The notes: generated by a model from the letters alone, not told the origin. DNA of 60,731 nt from Roseomonas sp. (GCA_044235135.1 JBIIIE010000001.1:1-60731), one strand, 5' to 3'. Counted from the first letter of the stretch, positions 17,111 through 27,462 are shown. Numbers and translations: made by a program.

Positions 17111-19000
17111 ATGCGCGCGCTTGATGGGTGGTTGAAAAGCGCCATCACGCTTTGGATGGCGGGATGGGCGGCGCTGCATCTTTATTTCGGCGGCTTCGGA
17201 TTTCCGGAGCCGATCGAAATGCGGAGCCTGCATCTGCTTGTCTTCACGCCGCCGCTTTTCCTGCTTTATCCGGCCTTCAAGAAATACTCGCCGCAACATC
17301 GCCCAAGCCTGTTTGATTGGCTTTGGGCCATCGCCGCCGCCGCGCCGCATCTTTGGGTTTTCGTGCATGCGGGCGCCGTCAATGATCGCATGGAATATGT
17401 GGACCCTTTCACGCCGCTGATGCTGATGCTTGGTATTGTTTGCCTGGTGACGATGCTGGAAGCGATCCGCCGTGCGGTGGAACCGGGCCTTGCCTGGATG
17501 GTGGCGGGCTGCCTGCTTTACATGTTCATCGGGCATCATCTGCCTGGCGTTCTGAACACGCGCAATTTCAAATTGAACGAGATCATTGAAGCCGCCTGGC
17601 TGGTGCCAACCGCGGGCGGTGTTTATGGCCCGCTCACAGGCATCGTCGCCACCACCATTGCGGTCTTTATCCTGTTTGGCGCCTTCATGCAGGGCAGCGG
17701 TACGGGGCGGCTGTTTTCCAATCTCGGCGCCGCGGTGGCTGGGCGCTATACCGGCGGACCGGCCAAGGTTGCCGTTGTTACCTCAGGCCTTTTCGGCACC
17801 ATGAGTGGGTCTTCCGTGTCCAATGTCATCACCACGGGGGCGATGACCATTCCGCTCATGATGCGCGTGGGCTATCGTCCGGCGGTCGCCGCAGGGATCG
17901 AAAGTGCTTCGTCCGTGGGCGGCGCGCTGATGCCGCCCGTGATGGGCGCTGCCGCCTTTGTGATGGCCGAAATTACCAATATCCCCTACGGCGATATCCT
18001 GGTGGCCGCTGCGATCGGTGCGGTGATGTATTACTTTGCGATCCTCGCGGCCGTGCATTTTGAAGCGAAGAAGCTTGGCATCGCACCCATGCCGCTCAAG
18101 GATATTCCCGCCTGGCGCGAAGTGCTGGCCGATGCGCATCTGGTGTTGCCGATCGGCCTGCTGGTCTATCTGATGACCGAACGCTGGAGCGGCAATTTCG
18201 CGGCCTTCTGTTCCACGCTGGCGATGATTGGTGTTTCCCTGCTGCGGGCGCGCACGCGCATGGGTTGGCGCGCCGTGCTGAATAGCCTGGCCGATGCGGG
18301 CTTCACCATGGCGCCGCTCGCAGTTTCCATCGCGGGCGCTGGCGTAGTGGTCTCGGCACTCACAGCAACCGGCATGGTCGTGGCCTTTGGCGGAATCATC
18401 AAGGATTTGTCCGCGGGCAATCTGGCGCTTTTGCTGATCATGCTGTGTGTCACGGTGCTGGTGCTGGGCCTCGGTATCCCGACCACACCTTCCTACATCA
18501 TCGCCGCTGCCATTGGCGTGCCGCAGGTGCTGGAACTGGGCAGGCCGCTTGGTATTGATGTTTTGCAGGCGCATCTGTTTGTCTTCTATTTCGCGGTGAT
18601 CGCGGATGCGACACCGCCCGTCGCGGCGGCTGCCTTCGCCGCCGCCGCCATTGCCAAGGCAAGCCCCACGATTGCCAGCATCCATGCCTCGCGCTTTGGC
18701 ATTGCCGGTTTCACCGTGGGTTTCGCCTTCATCTATGATCCGGGGATCATGCTGCGCGGCAGTTTCCTGGACATCGCGACGGCGACGCTTATTCAGATCT
18801 CCGCACTGACGCTGATTACCGCATCCTATGCGGGGTATTTGTTGCGCCCCATGGGGTGGGTCTTGCGCTGGGCGCTTGGCTTGATCGGGCTGGCCGCGGC
18901 GTTTTTGCACCTTTTGCCTGATACACAGCGCCTGATGCTGGCGCTGGGCGCGCTTATGGCGGTTGCGCTGTGGCAGCGCCTCAGGCCAGCATCATCCTGA
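17111..19000 (+). CDS. TRAP transporter fused 4TM/12TM permease
   Basis: GGPAKVAV, GTMSGSSVSNV, ASSVGGALMPPVMGAAAF, GLGIPTT, ATPPVA. Confidence 0.93.
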   Translation: MRALDGWLKSAITLWMAGWAALHLYFGGFGFPEPIEMRSLHLLVFTPPLFLLYPAFKKYSPQHRPSLFDWLWAIAAAAPHLWVFVHAGAVNDRMEYVDPFTPLMLMLGIVCLVTMLEAIRRAVEPGLAWMVAGCLLYMFIGHHLPGVLNTRNFKLNEIIEAAWLVPTAGGVYGPLTGIVATTIAVFILFGAFMQGSGTGRLFSNLGAAVAGRYTGGPAKVAVVTSGLFGTMSGSSVSNVITTGAMTIPLMMRVGYRPAVAAGIESASSVGGALMPPVMGAAAFVMAEITNIPYGDILVAAAIGAVMYYFAILAAVHFEAKKLGIAPMPLKDIPAWREVLADAHLVLPIGLLVYLMTERWSGNFAAFCSTLAMIGVSLLRARTRMGWRAVLNSLADAGFTMAPLAVSIAGAGVVVSALTATGMVVAFGGIIKDLSAGNLALLLIMLCVTVLVLGLGIPTTPSYIIAAAIGVPQVLELGRPLGIDVLQAHLFVFYFAVIADATPPVAAAAFAAAAIAKASPTIASIHASRFGIAGFTVGFAFIYDPGIMLRGSFLDIATATLIQISALTLITASYAGYLLRPMGWVLRWALGLIGLAAAFLHLLPDTQRLMLALGALMAVALWQRLRPASS

Positions 19001-19028
19001 ACCGTTTCACCATTCCGGGAGGAAAACC

Positions 19029-20051
19029 ATGAAAGCCAAATTCCTGCTTGCCGCCGGCCTGTTCGCCGCGCTGCCGGCCTTCGCGCAACCGGTACAGCAA
19101 GGCCCGACGGTTTCTGCCATTCGCGCCCGCGATGCGCTGATTTGCGGCGCGCATCCGGGTGCGCCGGGCTTCGGCGTGATGGACAGCCAAGGCGTCAATC
19201 GCGGGCTGGATGCGGATACCTGCCGTGCGGTCGCCGCCGCCATTCTGGGGGATGCGAATAAGGTGCGCTGGGTGGTGCTGTCTTCCCAGGCGCGGCTGCC
19301 CGCGCTGCAATCGGGGCAGGTGGATATGCTGTCGCGTACCACCACCTGGTCCCATACGCGCGATACCGCGAATGGGCTGAATTTCACCGCCGTCAATTTC
19401 TATGATGGGCAAGGCTTCCTGGTGCGGGTGGCAGCCGGGGTCAAGCGCGCCGCTGAACTGGCCGGCGCCACCATATGTGTCACCGCCGGCACAACGAATG
19501 AATTGAACCTGGCCGATTGGGCGCGCAGCACCAATACACGCATCCAGCCCTTGGTGTTCGACCAGAATGAGGAAACCCGCAACGCCTATATCAATGGCCG
19601 CTGCGATGCTTTCTCAACCGATGCTTCGCAGCTTGCCGGCGTTCGCAGCGCGCTCCGCAACCCGGCGGAACATGTCGTGCTGCCGGATATCATCTCCAAG
19701 GAACCGCTGGCACCCGCCGTGCGCCATGGTGATGACCAGTTTTTTGACATTGTGCGCTGGACGGTTTTTGCACTGATCGAAGCCGAGGAATTGGGTGTCA
19801 CGCAGGCCAATGTGGATGAAATGCTGAACAACCCGAACCCCGCCATTCGCCGCCTGCTGGGTGTTTCCGGTGATCACGGGCCGCTGATGGGGATTGATAA
19901 GCGTTGGGCCTATAACGCCATCAAGGCAGTGGGCAATTATGGCGAGGTGTTTGACCGGAACCTCGGCAAGAATTCCCCAATCAACCTGCCGCGGGGCTTG
20001 AATGGTTTATGGACGCGCGGCGGCTTGATGTATGCGCCGCCGATTAGGTGA
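19029..20051 (+). CDS. General L-amino-acid ABC substrate-binding protein (AapJ/BztA-like)
   Basis: GLDADTCRAVAAA, TTWSHTRD, FYDGQGF, ISKEPLAP, VGNYGEVF, GLMYAPPIR. Confidence 0.92.
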   Translation: MKAKFLLAAGLFAALPAFAQPVQQGPTVSAIRARDALICGAHPGAPGFGVMDSQGVNRGLDADTCRAVAAAILGDANKVRWVVLSSQARLPALQSGQVDMLSRTTTWSHTRDTANGLNFTAVNFYDGQGFLVRVAAGVKRAAELAGATICVTAGTTNELNLADWARSTNTRIQPLVFDQNEETRNAYINGRCDAFSTDASQLAGVRSALRNPAEHVVLPDIISKEPLAPAVRHGDDQFFDIVRWTVFALIEAEELGVTQANVDEMLNNPNPAIRRLLGVSGDHGPLMGIDKRWAYNAIKAVGNYGEVFDRNLGKNSPINLPRGLNGLWTRGGLMYAPPIR

Positions 20052-20062
20052 GGTTACCAAAG

Positions 20063-20084
20063 GAGGGGGTGATAACACCCCCTC
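20063..20084. terminator. Hairpin between convergent genes
   Basis: GAGGGGGTG-ATAA-CACCCCCTC. Confidence 0.6.
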
Positions 20085-22806
20085 AATTCCCCAAGCGTTC
20101 CAATATCGCCGGCACATGCACCTGATCGCCCTTGTAGTTCCCGGTCAGCGCATACATCACCAAATTGGTCCCGAAACGATAGGCCAGCACGCGCTGCCGC
20201 GCCCCGCCCGGAATTGTCGCATGCGGGTGCTGGCCATTGCGGTCCATCGCCCAGGCCGCCGCCCAATCATGCCCGCCCAGGATCACCGGGCTTACGCTGT
20301 CATTGGCGCGGTCCTGATCGCGCGCCACCCAAACCTGCCCGCCGGCGAAACGCCCGGGCAATTCATTCAGCAAGTAAAAGGCGCGGTTCAGCACATGGTC
20401 TTCCGGCACCGGGATCAGCGGCGGTATCGCCAAATCGCGCGTCACGCGCCTGAGTGCGGCGCGCGCGCCTGGTGACATGCCCTCACCGGAACCCTGGTCA
20501 CGCGTATCCATCAGGATAATGCCGCCCTGGCGCATGAATTCATTCAGCGCCGCCGCCATCGCCGCGCCTGGCGCAGGCGCATCGGGCAGGATTGGCCAAT
20601 AGAGCAGCGGGTAGAAGGAAAGATCATCCTGCCCCGGCGTCACGCCATGGGGTTCGGCCAGCGCGGCTGCCGTGCGGCGATTGACGAAATCAGAAAGCCC
20701 CGCAAGGCCACTGCGCGAGGTTTCATCCACCGACGCATCACCGGTCTGGATATAAGCCAATCGCGTGGCAAGCGCCGCGCTGCCATCAGCGCCTTGCGCG
20801 CTGGCCTGCCACGGCACCAGCGCCAGCAGCAAAAGCACCGTTAGCGCGAAGCGACGCGGGCGCCATAATCCGCGCAGGCCAAGCGCCGCGATCAATTCAA
20901 CCAAAAACAGCGCAAAAGCCGCTGCCAAAAGCCATGGCCCCAAATCGCGTTCTGTCGCCGCAACCCCCAAGCTTTCCACGCGGGCGGAGGCCGGCGGAGC
21001 GGCCATCAGCCGCGGTCCCGGCAAATGAGTGGCCAAGTTCAGCGCGCGGCGGAAGGCGGCCTCACCGGCGGCGCCCGCCGGGCCATACCAGCCGGGCGGG
21101 TGGCGCGGGGAAGCGCGGGCCTCATCCAAGGCGCGGGCGGCAATCGGCGCGGCACCGGCGGGCGGCGCACCCAGCCGGCCAAAACCATCCAGGGTTTCCA
21201 ATGGCGCCAGGGGCTGATCGGCCTCACCGGCCGCGACACCTGCGGAAAGGGAAACCAGCCGGCGCAGCATATCCACGAAAAGCCCGGAAAGCGGTAGGTT
21301 GGACCATTCCGCCTGGGCCGTCACATGAAACAGCACAATCCGCCCGGCGCCGCGCGACTCCGCCGTGACCAAGGGCGTGCCATCGGACAGACGCGCCCAG
21401 CTACGTTCCGCGAGGCGCGGCGATGGCTCGGCCAGCACTTGTCGTTCCACCGTGACCTCGGCGGGCGGTGTCAGCCCCGCAAAGGGCGAGTGGTCGGGGA
21501 AGGGGGCCAGGGTTTGCGGCTTTTCCCAGGTCAGCATGCCGCCCAATTGGCGTTCGCCCGCGCGCAAGGGCACCGGCAGCAGCGCATCCTGCTTGGCCGC
21601 AAGGCGCGGCCCGGCAAAGCGGATCAGCGTGCCGCCCTGGCGCACCCAGGCATCGAGGGCTTCGCGTTCCTTTGGGTCGGCCAATTCGCGGTCGGCCAGG
21701 ATCAGCACGGAAAGCCTGCGCGCCAGCAGCGCTTCGGGCGTGCCGCGCCGGAGTTCGGCGAAGGGGTCAAGTGCCCGCAGCAGATAGAAAAGCGGGCCGA
21801 CCAAAGGCGCATCAGCGCCGGTATCCTCAGCCGCGGCGAGGCCCACCGGGCGGCGGCGGAAGCTTTCATCCAGCAGGAAAACCCCCGCCGCGCCGGCTTC
21901 CGGTTCCAATTCCAGCCGCACCACCTGGTTGCGGATTTCGCTGGGGAGTTGCAGCACCGCCTCGGCGCTTGTCGCCCCCGCTGGAAGGGCCAAATCCACC
22001 CGCGCAAGGCTTGCCCCATCCCCGCCGCGCGCCAGGATGGCAACCTGCCCCGGCAGCGCGACCGGGGCCTGGCCTATCTGCAACCTTAGCCGATCGCCTT
22101 CCAAAACCGGTGGCGCCAGCATGCGCCTTGGTTCGGCTGGTGCCTGCATCAGCGTGAGCGGCCCCGCAGCGGCCAGCGCTGCCATGAAAGCCTGGGCATC
22201 CTGCCCCGCGCCATGATCCAGGCCATCGGTCAGAAACAGGCTCTCAAACCCGGCGGGATTGGCGCCGCGGAGCGCATTCATCGCGGCGAGTGCAGCGGCG
22301 CGATCCGGCGCCCAGGCCTTCGGGCGGAGCACGGCCAGGCGCGCGGCGGCTTCCTCGGCGGGCAGGAAGGCAAGCGGATCGGCTTCGCCCTGAAGCGGCG
22401 CGGTGGTCAGCAGCGCGACGGGGCGCGCTTCGCGCTTCGCGGCTTCCAGGATGTGCTGGGCGCTTGCCATGCGCCGCGCCCAATCCGGCGCAGAAGCCCA
22501 GCCATCATCCAGCACCAGCAATAGCGGGCCGGATTGGCCGGTGCCGGCGCTGGGCTGCCAGATGGGCCGCGCCAGGCCCAGAATGATCAAGCCCGCCACC
22601 ATCAGGCGCAGCAATAATAGCCACCAGGGGGTGCGCGCCGGTGTGGCCTCGGCGGGCTGCAATTCGCGCAAAATGCGTGTTGCCGGGAAGATCTGGCGCT
22701 TGGGCGCGGGCGGGGTCACCCGCAGCAACCACCACAGCACCGGCAGTGGCGGCAGCGCCAGCAAAAGCCAAGGGGCGGCAAAGCCAATGGGGCCGAGGGT
22801 GAGCAT
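20083..22806 (-). CDS. BatA N-terminal / DUF4159 membrane protein
   Basis: N-terminal double TM (PWLLLAL..LWWLLRVTPP, TPWWLLLLRL), vWA-like LDDGWAS, C-terminal YALTGNYKGDQVHVP. Confidence 0.88.
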   Translation of the reverse strand: MLTLGPIGFAAPWLLLALPPLPVLWWLLRVTPPAPKRQIFPATRILRELQPAEATPARTPWWLLLLRLMVAGLIILGLARPIWQPSAGTGQSGPLLLVLDDGWASAPDWARRMASAQHILEAAKREARPVALLTTAPLQGEADPLAFLPAEEAAARLAVLRPKAWAPDRAAALAAMNALRGANPAGFESLFLTDGLDHGAGQDAQAFMAALAAAGPLTLMQAPAEPRRMLAPPVLEGDRLRLQIGQAPVALPGQVAILARGGDGASLARVDLALPAGATSAEAVLQLPSEIRNQVVRLELEPEAGAAGVFLLDESFRRRPVGLAAAEDTGADAPLVGPLFYLLRALDPFAELRRGTPEALLARRLSVLILADRELADPKEREALDAWVRQGGTLIRFAGPRLAAKQDALLPVPLRAGERQLGGMLTWEKPQTLAPFPDHSPFAGLTPPAEVTVERQVLAEPSPRLAERSWARLSDGTPLVTAESRGAGRIVLFHVTAQAEWSNLPLSGLFVDMLRRLVSLSAGVAAGEADQPLAPLETLDGFGRLGAPPAGAAPIAARALDEARASPRHPPGWYGPAGAAGEAAFRRALNLATHLPGPRLMAAPPASARVESLGVAATERDLGPWLLAAAFALFLVELIAALGLRGLWRPRRFALTVLLLLALVPWQASAQGADGSAALATRLAYIQTGDASVDETSRSGLAGLSDFVNRRTAAALAEPHGVTPGQDDLSFYPLLYWPILPDAPAPGAAMAAALNEFMRQGGIILMDTRDQGSGEGMSPGARAALRRVTRDLAIPPLIPVPEDHVLNRAFYLLNELPGRFAGGQVWVARDQDRANDSVSPVILGGHDWAAAWAMDRNGQHPHATIPGGARQRVLAYRFGTNLVMYALTGNYKGDQVHVPAILERLGN

Positions 22807-23666
22807 CACCCCCCCTCCAGCCGCTGAAACAGCGCGAGCAAGGCAAGCTCTGGCGGCTGATCGGTGCGATGGGTGGAAAAGCTGAAACCAAGCGACAGCG
22901 CCAGCGCCGCCAGCCCTTCGCGGTGCCGCGCGAGCGCCGCCTGATAGGCCCCGCGCAAGGCTTCGATGCGCGGAATGGGGGCAGGGGCGCCGCCCGCCGG
23001 ATCTTCAAAACGGATATGCCCGGCGAAGGGCAGGGTTTCCTCGGCGGGGTCGAGGATTTGCAGCATATGCCCGCGCAGGCCCTGCGCCGCCAGGGCAGTA
23101 AGCTGTGCGCGGGTTTCGTCCAAGGGCGCCAGAAAATCGCTGAACAGCACGGCGCGCGCATGGCGCGGCAGGCGGGGATCGGCGGGCGTGGCCGCCTGTT
23201 CCGGCAAAAACGCGGCCAGCGGCGCCAGCGCCGTGCGGCCGATGAAGGCGCGCGGGGCGCCGAAAGCGCGCACCCTTTCCCCACCGCGCAGCAGCAGCGC
23301 GGCAAGGGCCAGCAACAGCATCTCGGCACGTTCCTGCTTGGATGGCAGGGCATCCCGGCTGCGCCAGGCCATGCCCGGGCCGCGCGCTGACCAAAGGGCG
23401 ATGGTTTGCGCTGCCTCCCATTCGGTTTCACGGATGAATACGCGGTCAGACCGCGCCGATTGCCGCCAATCCACCCGGCTTGCCGCATCGCCCGGCAGAT
23501 AGGGGCGGAATTGCCAAAACGCGTCGCCCTGGCCGGACCGGCGCCTGCCATGCACGCCTTGCATCACCGTCGCTGCGATGCGTTCGGCCTTGACCACCAA
23601 AGGCGGCAGGCGGGCGCCGAGAGCCTCGGCCCGTGCAGTCGCTACGGTCTGGGCGGCCTCAGCCAA
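22806..23666 (-). CDS. DUF58-domain protein
   Basis: GVHGRRRSGQGDAFWQFRPY, VDWRQSAR, RETEWE, FSDFL, DPAEE. Confidence 0.92.
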   Translation of the reverse strand: MAEAAQTVATARAEALGARLPPLVVKAERIAATVMQGVHGRRRSGQGDAFWQFRPYLPGDAASRVDWRQSARSDRVFIRETEWEAAQTIALWSARGPGMAWRSRDALPSKQERAEMLLLALAALLLRGGERVRAFGAPRAFIGRTALAPLAAFLPEQAATPADPRLPRHARAVLFSDFLAPLDETRAQLTALAAQGLRGHMLQILDPAEETLPFAGHIRFEDPAGGAPAPIPRIEALRGAYQAALARHREGLAALALSLGFSFSTHRTDQPPELALLALFQRLEGG

Positions 23667-24663
23667 GATCAGCCTTCAGCGCGGCGATCACATCGGCAAG
23701 CTTGGCCCCTTCCGCCCGCGCGGCGAAATTCAGCGCCATGCGATGCCGCAGCACGGGTTCCGCCAGCGCCAGCACATCATCCAATGAAGGGGACAGCCGC
23801 CCATCCAACACGGCGCGGGCGCGGCTGGCCAGCATCAGCGCCTGCGCGGCGCGCGGGCCGGGACCCCAGGCGAGGCTTTCGCGCACAATCGGCAGGCTGG
23901 CCGTTTCAGGCCGGGCGCCGCGCACCAGGCGCAGAATGGCGTCCAGCACCTTCTCACCCACCGGCATGCGGCGGATCAGGGCTTGCGCCGCCATCAAATC
24001 AGCGGCGGTCAAAGCCTGAGGGGGTGGGGCTTCCGACGCACCGGTGGTCGCCAGCAGCATGGCGCGTTCGGCGGCCTCATCCGGGTAGCTTATCGCGATT
24101 TCCAGCAGGAAACGGTCAAGCTGCGCTTCCGGCAGGGGGTAGGTGCCTTCCTGTTCGATCGGGTTTTGCGTTGCCAGCACATGAAAGGGCTGCGGCAAGG
24201 GGTGGATTTCCCCGGCAATCGCCACGCGCTGTTCCTGCATGGCCTGCAAAAGTGCGGATTGCGTGCGGGGTGAGGCGCGGTTGATCTCATCCGCCATCAA
24301 CAATTGGCAGAAGATCGGCCCCTTCAGGAAGCGAAAGCCGCGCCTGCCATCGGCCTGGTCTTCCAAGACCTCACTGCCCAGAATATCGGCGGGCATCAGA
24401 TCAGGCGTGAATTGCACCCGGCGCGCATCCAGCCCCATCACCCGGCCCAGGGTTTCCACAAGCTTGGTCTTGCCGAGCCCCGGCACGCCCACCAGCAGCA
24501 CATGCCCGCCCGAGAGCAAGCCGATCAGGCTTTGTTCCACCACATCGGCCTGGCCATAGATGGCCGCACCGATGGCCGAGCGCACCCCGGCCAGCTTTTG
24601 GCCCAGTTTTTCAACTTCCTGCACCAGGAATGTCGCTTCCTGGGCCTCAGCACCTTCACGCAT
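23659..24663 (-). CDS. MoxR-family AAA+ ATPase
   Basis: GVPGLGKT, RVQFTPDLMPADI, ADEINRA, ATQNPIEQEGTYPLPEAQLDRF. Confidence 0.96.
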   Translation of the reverse strand: MREGAEAQEATFLVQEVEKLGQKLAGVRSAIGAAIYGQADVVEQSLIGLLSGGHVLLVGVPGLGKTKLVETLGRVMGLDARRVQFTPDLMPADILGSEVLEDQADGRRGFRFLKGPIFCQLLMADEINRASPRTQSALLQAMQEQRVAIAGEIHPLPQPFHVLATQNPIEQEGTYPLPEAQLDRFLLEIAISYPDEAAERAMLLATTGASEAPPPQALTAADLMAAQALIRRMPVGEKVLDAILRLVRGARPETASLPIVRESLAWGPGPRAAQALMLASRARAVLDGRLSPSLDDVLALAEPVLRHRMALNFAARAEGAKLADVIAALKADLG

Positions 24664-24767
24664 GCGGGATAGGCTCCCTATATTGCTGAAATCGTTTTCG
24701 GGACTCGCCCCCGCCTTTAGTCAGGTTGGGTGGCAAGGGGTCCCCCGGCAAGGGTCAGGCAGAGATT

Positions 24768-25361
24768 ATGGCGTTCCAGGATGCGGCGAAAGGACAAAAT
24801 CACGCGCATGCCGATGTGATCGAGGCGCGCGCCCCCCGCCAGCCCCATGATGTCGGTGATCTTTCCATCCGTATCGCCCGTGACGGAACCTGGTATTATC
24901 GTGGCAGCCCGATTGCCCGGAAGGAAATGGTCTGCCTATTCGGTTCGGTGCTGAAACGGGGTGCCGATGGGTCCTATATCCTGGAAACCCCGGTGGAGCG
25001 CGGGCGGATCGAGGTTGAGGACGCGCCCTTCATCGCCGTTGAACTTTTCTGGCGCGATTGTGATTGCGGCGATGGCGCGCCGCGCCAATGCCTGAGCTTC
25101 CGCACCAATCTGGATGAAATGGTGACCGCCGATGCGGATCACCCGATCCGCGTGCATCTGGACCCAATGAGCCGCGAACCGCGCCCCTATATCACTGTCC
25201 GCCCAGGGTTGGAGGCACGGATCAATCGCGCTGTCTTCTACGAATTGGTGGCCTTGGCGCAGCCCGAGACACTGAATGGCCGCCAGGTGCTTGGCGTTTG
25301 GAGTGAGGGGATGTTCTTTCCCATCGATGAAGCGCCCATCCTGGATCTGCCGGAAGCGTGA
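24768..25361 (+). CDS. DUF1285-domain protein
   Basis: IARDGTWYYRGSPI, LETPVE, VEDAPF, FRTNLD, LEARINRAVFYEL. Confidence 0.9.
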   Translation: MAFQDAAKGQNHAHADVIEARAPRQPHDVGDLSIRIARDGTWYYRGSPIARKEMVCLFGSVLKRGADGSYILETPVERGRIEVEDAPFIAVELFWRDCDCGDGAPRQCLSFRTNLDEMVTADADHPIRVHLDPMSREPRPYITVRPGLEARINRAVFYELVALAQPETLNGRQVLGVWSEGMFFPIDEAPILDLPEA

Positions 25362-25978
25362 GCGCGGCGCTTAATTTTCCGCTGACCGTTGAAGCGCTGC
25401 AGGCGCGCATTGCTGACCCCTTAAGGCTTCGCGCTGATCGGCCCGCGCCGCGGGAGGATGTGGAACGCGCCGCACGCGCGGGCGGGCGCATGACGCCGGC
25501 GGCGGTGCTGGTGCCGCTGGTGCTGCACCCGGAACCAACCGTGCTGCTGACCTTGCGCTCCGCGGATTTGAAGGCCCATGCGGGGCAGGTTTCCTTCCCT
25601 GGTGGGCGGCTTGAAGCAGGCGAAGACTCGGTGACGGCGGCGCTGCGCGAAGCCGAGGAAGAAATTGGCATCCATTCCAGCCTGCCCGAGATTGTCGGCG
25701 AATTGCCGCCGCTGCTGACCGGCACGGGCTATCTGGTGACACCCGTGGTGGCGCTGCTGCGTCCACCGTTTTCGCTCCGCCCCGATCCAGGGGAGGTGGC
25801 GGAGACCTTCGAATATCCGCTTTCGCATGTGACTGATCCCGCCAAACCCGAACGCCGGTCACGCGAGTTTCGCGGTGAGATTCGGGAATTCTGGGTCTGG
25901 CCGCATGAACGCCATTACATCTGGGGCGCGACCGCTTCCGTGCTGGTGACGCTTGCTTCCGTGCTGCGCGAAGATTGA
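25358..25978 (+). CDS. nudL: CoA pyrophosphatase (Nudix, NudL-like)
   Basis: LLTLRS..LKAHAGQVSFPGG, ALREAEEEIG, IWGATA. Confidence 0.9.
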   Translation: MSAALNFPLTVEALQARIADPLRLRADRPAPREDVERAARAGGRMTPAAVLVPLVLHPEPTVLLTLRSADLKAHAGQVSFPGGRLEAGEDSVTAALREAEEEIGIHSSLPEIVGELPPLLTGTGYLVTPVVALLRPPFSLRPDPGEVAETFEYPLSHVTDPAKPERRSREFRGEIREFWVWPHERHYIWGATASVLVTLASVLRED

Positions 25979-26009
25979 GCGCTGTGGATGGCGGCGAGAT
26001 AATCAGCCC

Positions 26010-26258
26010 GTGCCCTATCTGATCGAAGCCCTGCTGTTTCTGGCGCCCTTCGCGGCGTTTTTCATCTGGCGCCGGCTCAATCCGGGGCGCGAGCCTGGCA
26101 CCGTATTGCTGGTGCTGGCCGGCTGTGGCGCGGCGCTGATGCTGGCCGGCGCGCTTTGGTATGGGCTGTCACGCGCCAGCGCGCCGGGGTCGAAATATAT
26201 TCCCGCCCGCATTGATGGCACCGAAATCACGCCAGGGCATATGGAGCCGCGGCGATGA
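26010..26258 (+). CDS. Small membrane protein (DUF6111-like)
   Basis: Two TM segments then YIPARIDGTEITPG; lies between nudL and cca; GTG start at 26010. Confidence 0.72.
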   Translation: MPYLIEALLFLAPFAAFFIWRRLNPGREPGTVLLVLAGCGAALMLAGALWYGLSRASAPGSKYIPARIDGTEITPGHMEPRR

Positions 26259-27454
26259 GTGCCTTCGCATCATTGCCGGATTTCCTGCGCGCGCCTGCAA
26301 CGGCGAAGGTGCTTGATGCCTTGCCCGGCAGCCGCGCTGTGGGTGGTGCGGTGCGCGATGCCGTGGCTGGGCTGCCGGTCGCGGATGTGGATGTCGCAGC
26401 ACCCTTTCCGCCTGAAGAAATCATGGCGCGTTTGCTCGCCGCCGGTTGCAAGGTTTTTGAAACGGGCCTTGCGCATGGCACGGTGACAGCCGTTTGGGAG
26501 CATCAGCCGATTGAGGTGACGGCCCTTCGCCGCGATGTGCTGACCGATGGCCGCCACGCCGAAGTGGCTTGGACCACGGATTGGCGCGAAGATGCGGCGC
26601 GGCGCGATTTCACCATCAATGCCATGTCGCTTGGCGCGGATGGCGTGCTGCATGATTATTTCGGCGGGCGCGATGATTTGGCGCGCGGCTTGGTGCGCTT
26701 TGTCGGTGATCCCGCCACGCGTTTGGCCGAGGATTATTTGCGCCTGCTGCGCTTCTTTCGCTTCCATGCGCGCTACGGCAAGGGTGCGCCGGATGCCGCG
26801 GCTTTGCACGCGATACGCGAAGCGATCCCTGGCCTCGCTAGGCTTTCCGTTGAGCGCATCTGGATGGAAATCAAGCGCATCCTGATGGTGGTGGAACCCG
26901 TGCCGGCGCTGCGCCTGATGGCAGAGCTTGGTGTGCTGCCCGCAACCCTGCCGGAAATTGCTGCGCCGGATATTGATTGCCTTGCGCGGCTAGTGGCGCT
27001 TGGCGCGCCGGCGGAACCCTTGTTGCGGCTGGCGGCACTCGGCGGTGCGGCGCCTGGCCTGGCTGCGCGGTTGAAGCTTTCAAGCGCCGAGGCACGCGCT
27101 TTGCGTTTTCTGCAAGAAGCCGCGATACCCGGCGCGGCAATTGACGCGGCAGGCTTTCGTCGCTGGCGCGCGCAACATGGCGCGGTGGCCTTGGAAATAC
27201 AGGAAGCAGCACTTTGGCTGGCCGATGCGCGCGATGGCACGGCACCTTCGCGCGCCGCACTGCGCGCCAGTTTGCATGCCGAAGTCGCACCGGTTTTTCC
27301 CTTGCAGGGGCGTGATCTTTTGGCGGAAGGCGCCACGCCCGGCCCTGCGCTTGGCGCATTGCTGGCGCAGCTTGAGGAGTTCTGGATCGCGGGTGGCTGT
27401 AGAGCTGATCGTGAAACCTGCCTTGCGGAAGCGCTGCGTTTGATGAGGCGGTGA
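26255..27454 (+). CDS. cca: CCA tRNA nucleotidyltransferase (class II, no HD domain)
   Basis: VGGAVRD..DVDVA, HGTVT, DGRHA, RRDFTINA, EDYLR. Confidence 0.93.
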   Translation: MSAFASLPDFLRAPATAKVLDALPGSRAVGGAVRDAVAGLPVADVDVAAPFPPEEIMARLLAAGCKVFETGLAHGTVTAVWEHQPIEVTALRRDVLTDGRHAEVAWTTDWREDAARRDFTINAMSLGADGVLHDYFGGRDDLARGLVRFVGDPATRLAEDYLRLLRFFRFHARYGKGAPDAAALHAIREAIPGLARLSVERIWMEIKRILMVVEPVPALRLMAELGVLPATLPEIAAPDIDCLARLVALGAPAEPLLRLAALGGAAPGLAARLKLSSAEARALRFLQEAAIPGAAIDAAGFRRWRAQHGAVALEIQEAALWLADARDGTAPSRAALRASLHAEVAPVFPLQGRDLLAEGATPGPALGALLAQLEEFWIAGGCRADRETCLAEALRLMRR

Positions 27455-27462
27455 AACGCGCC

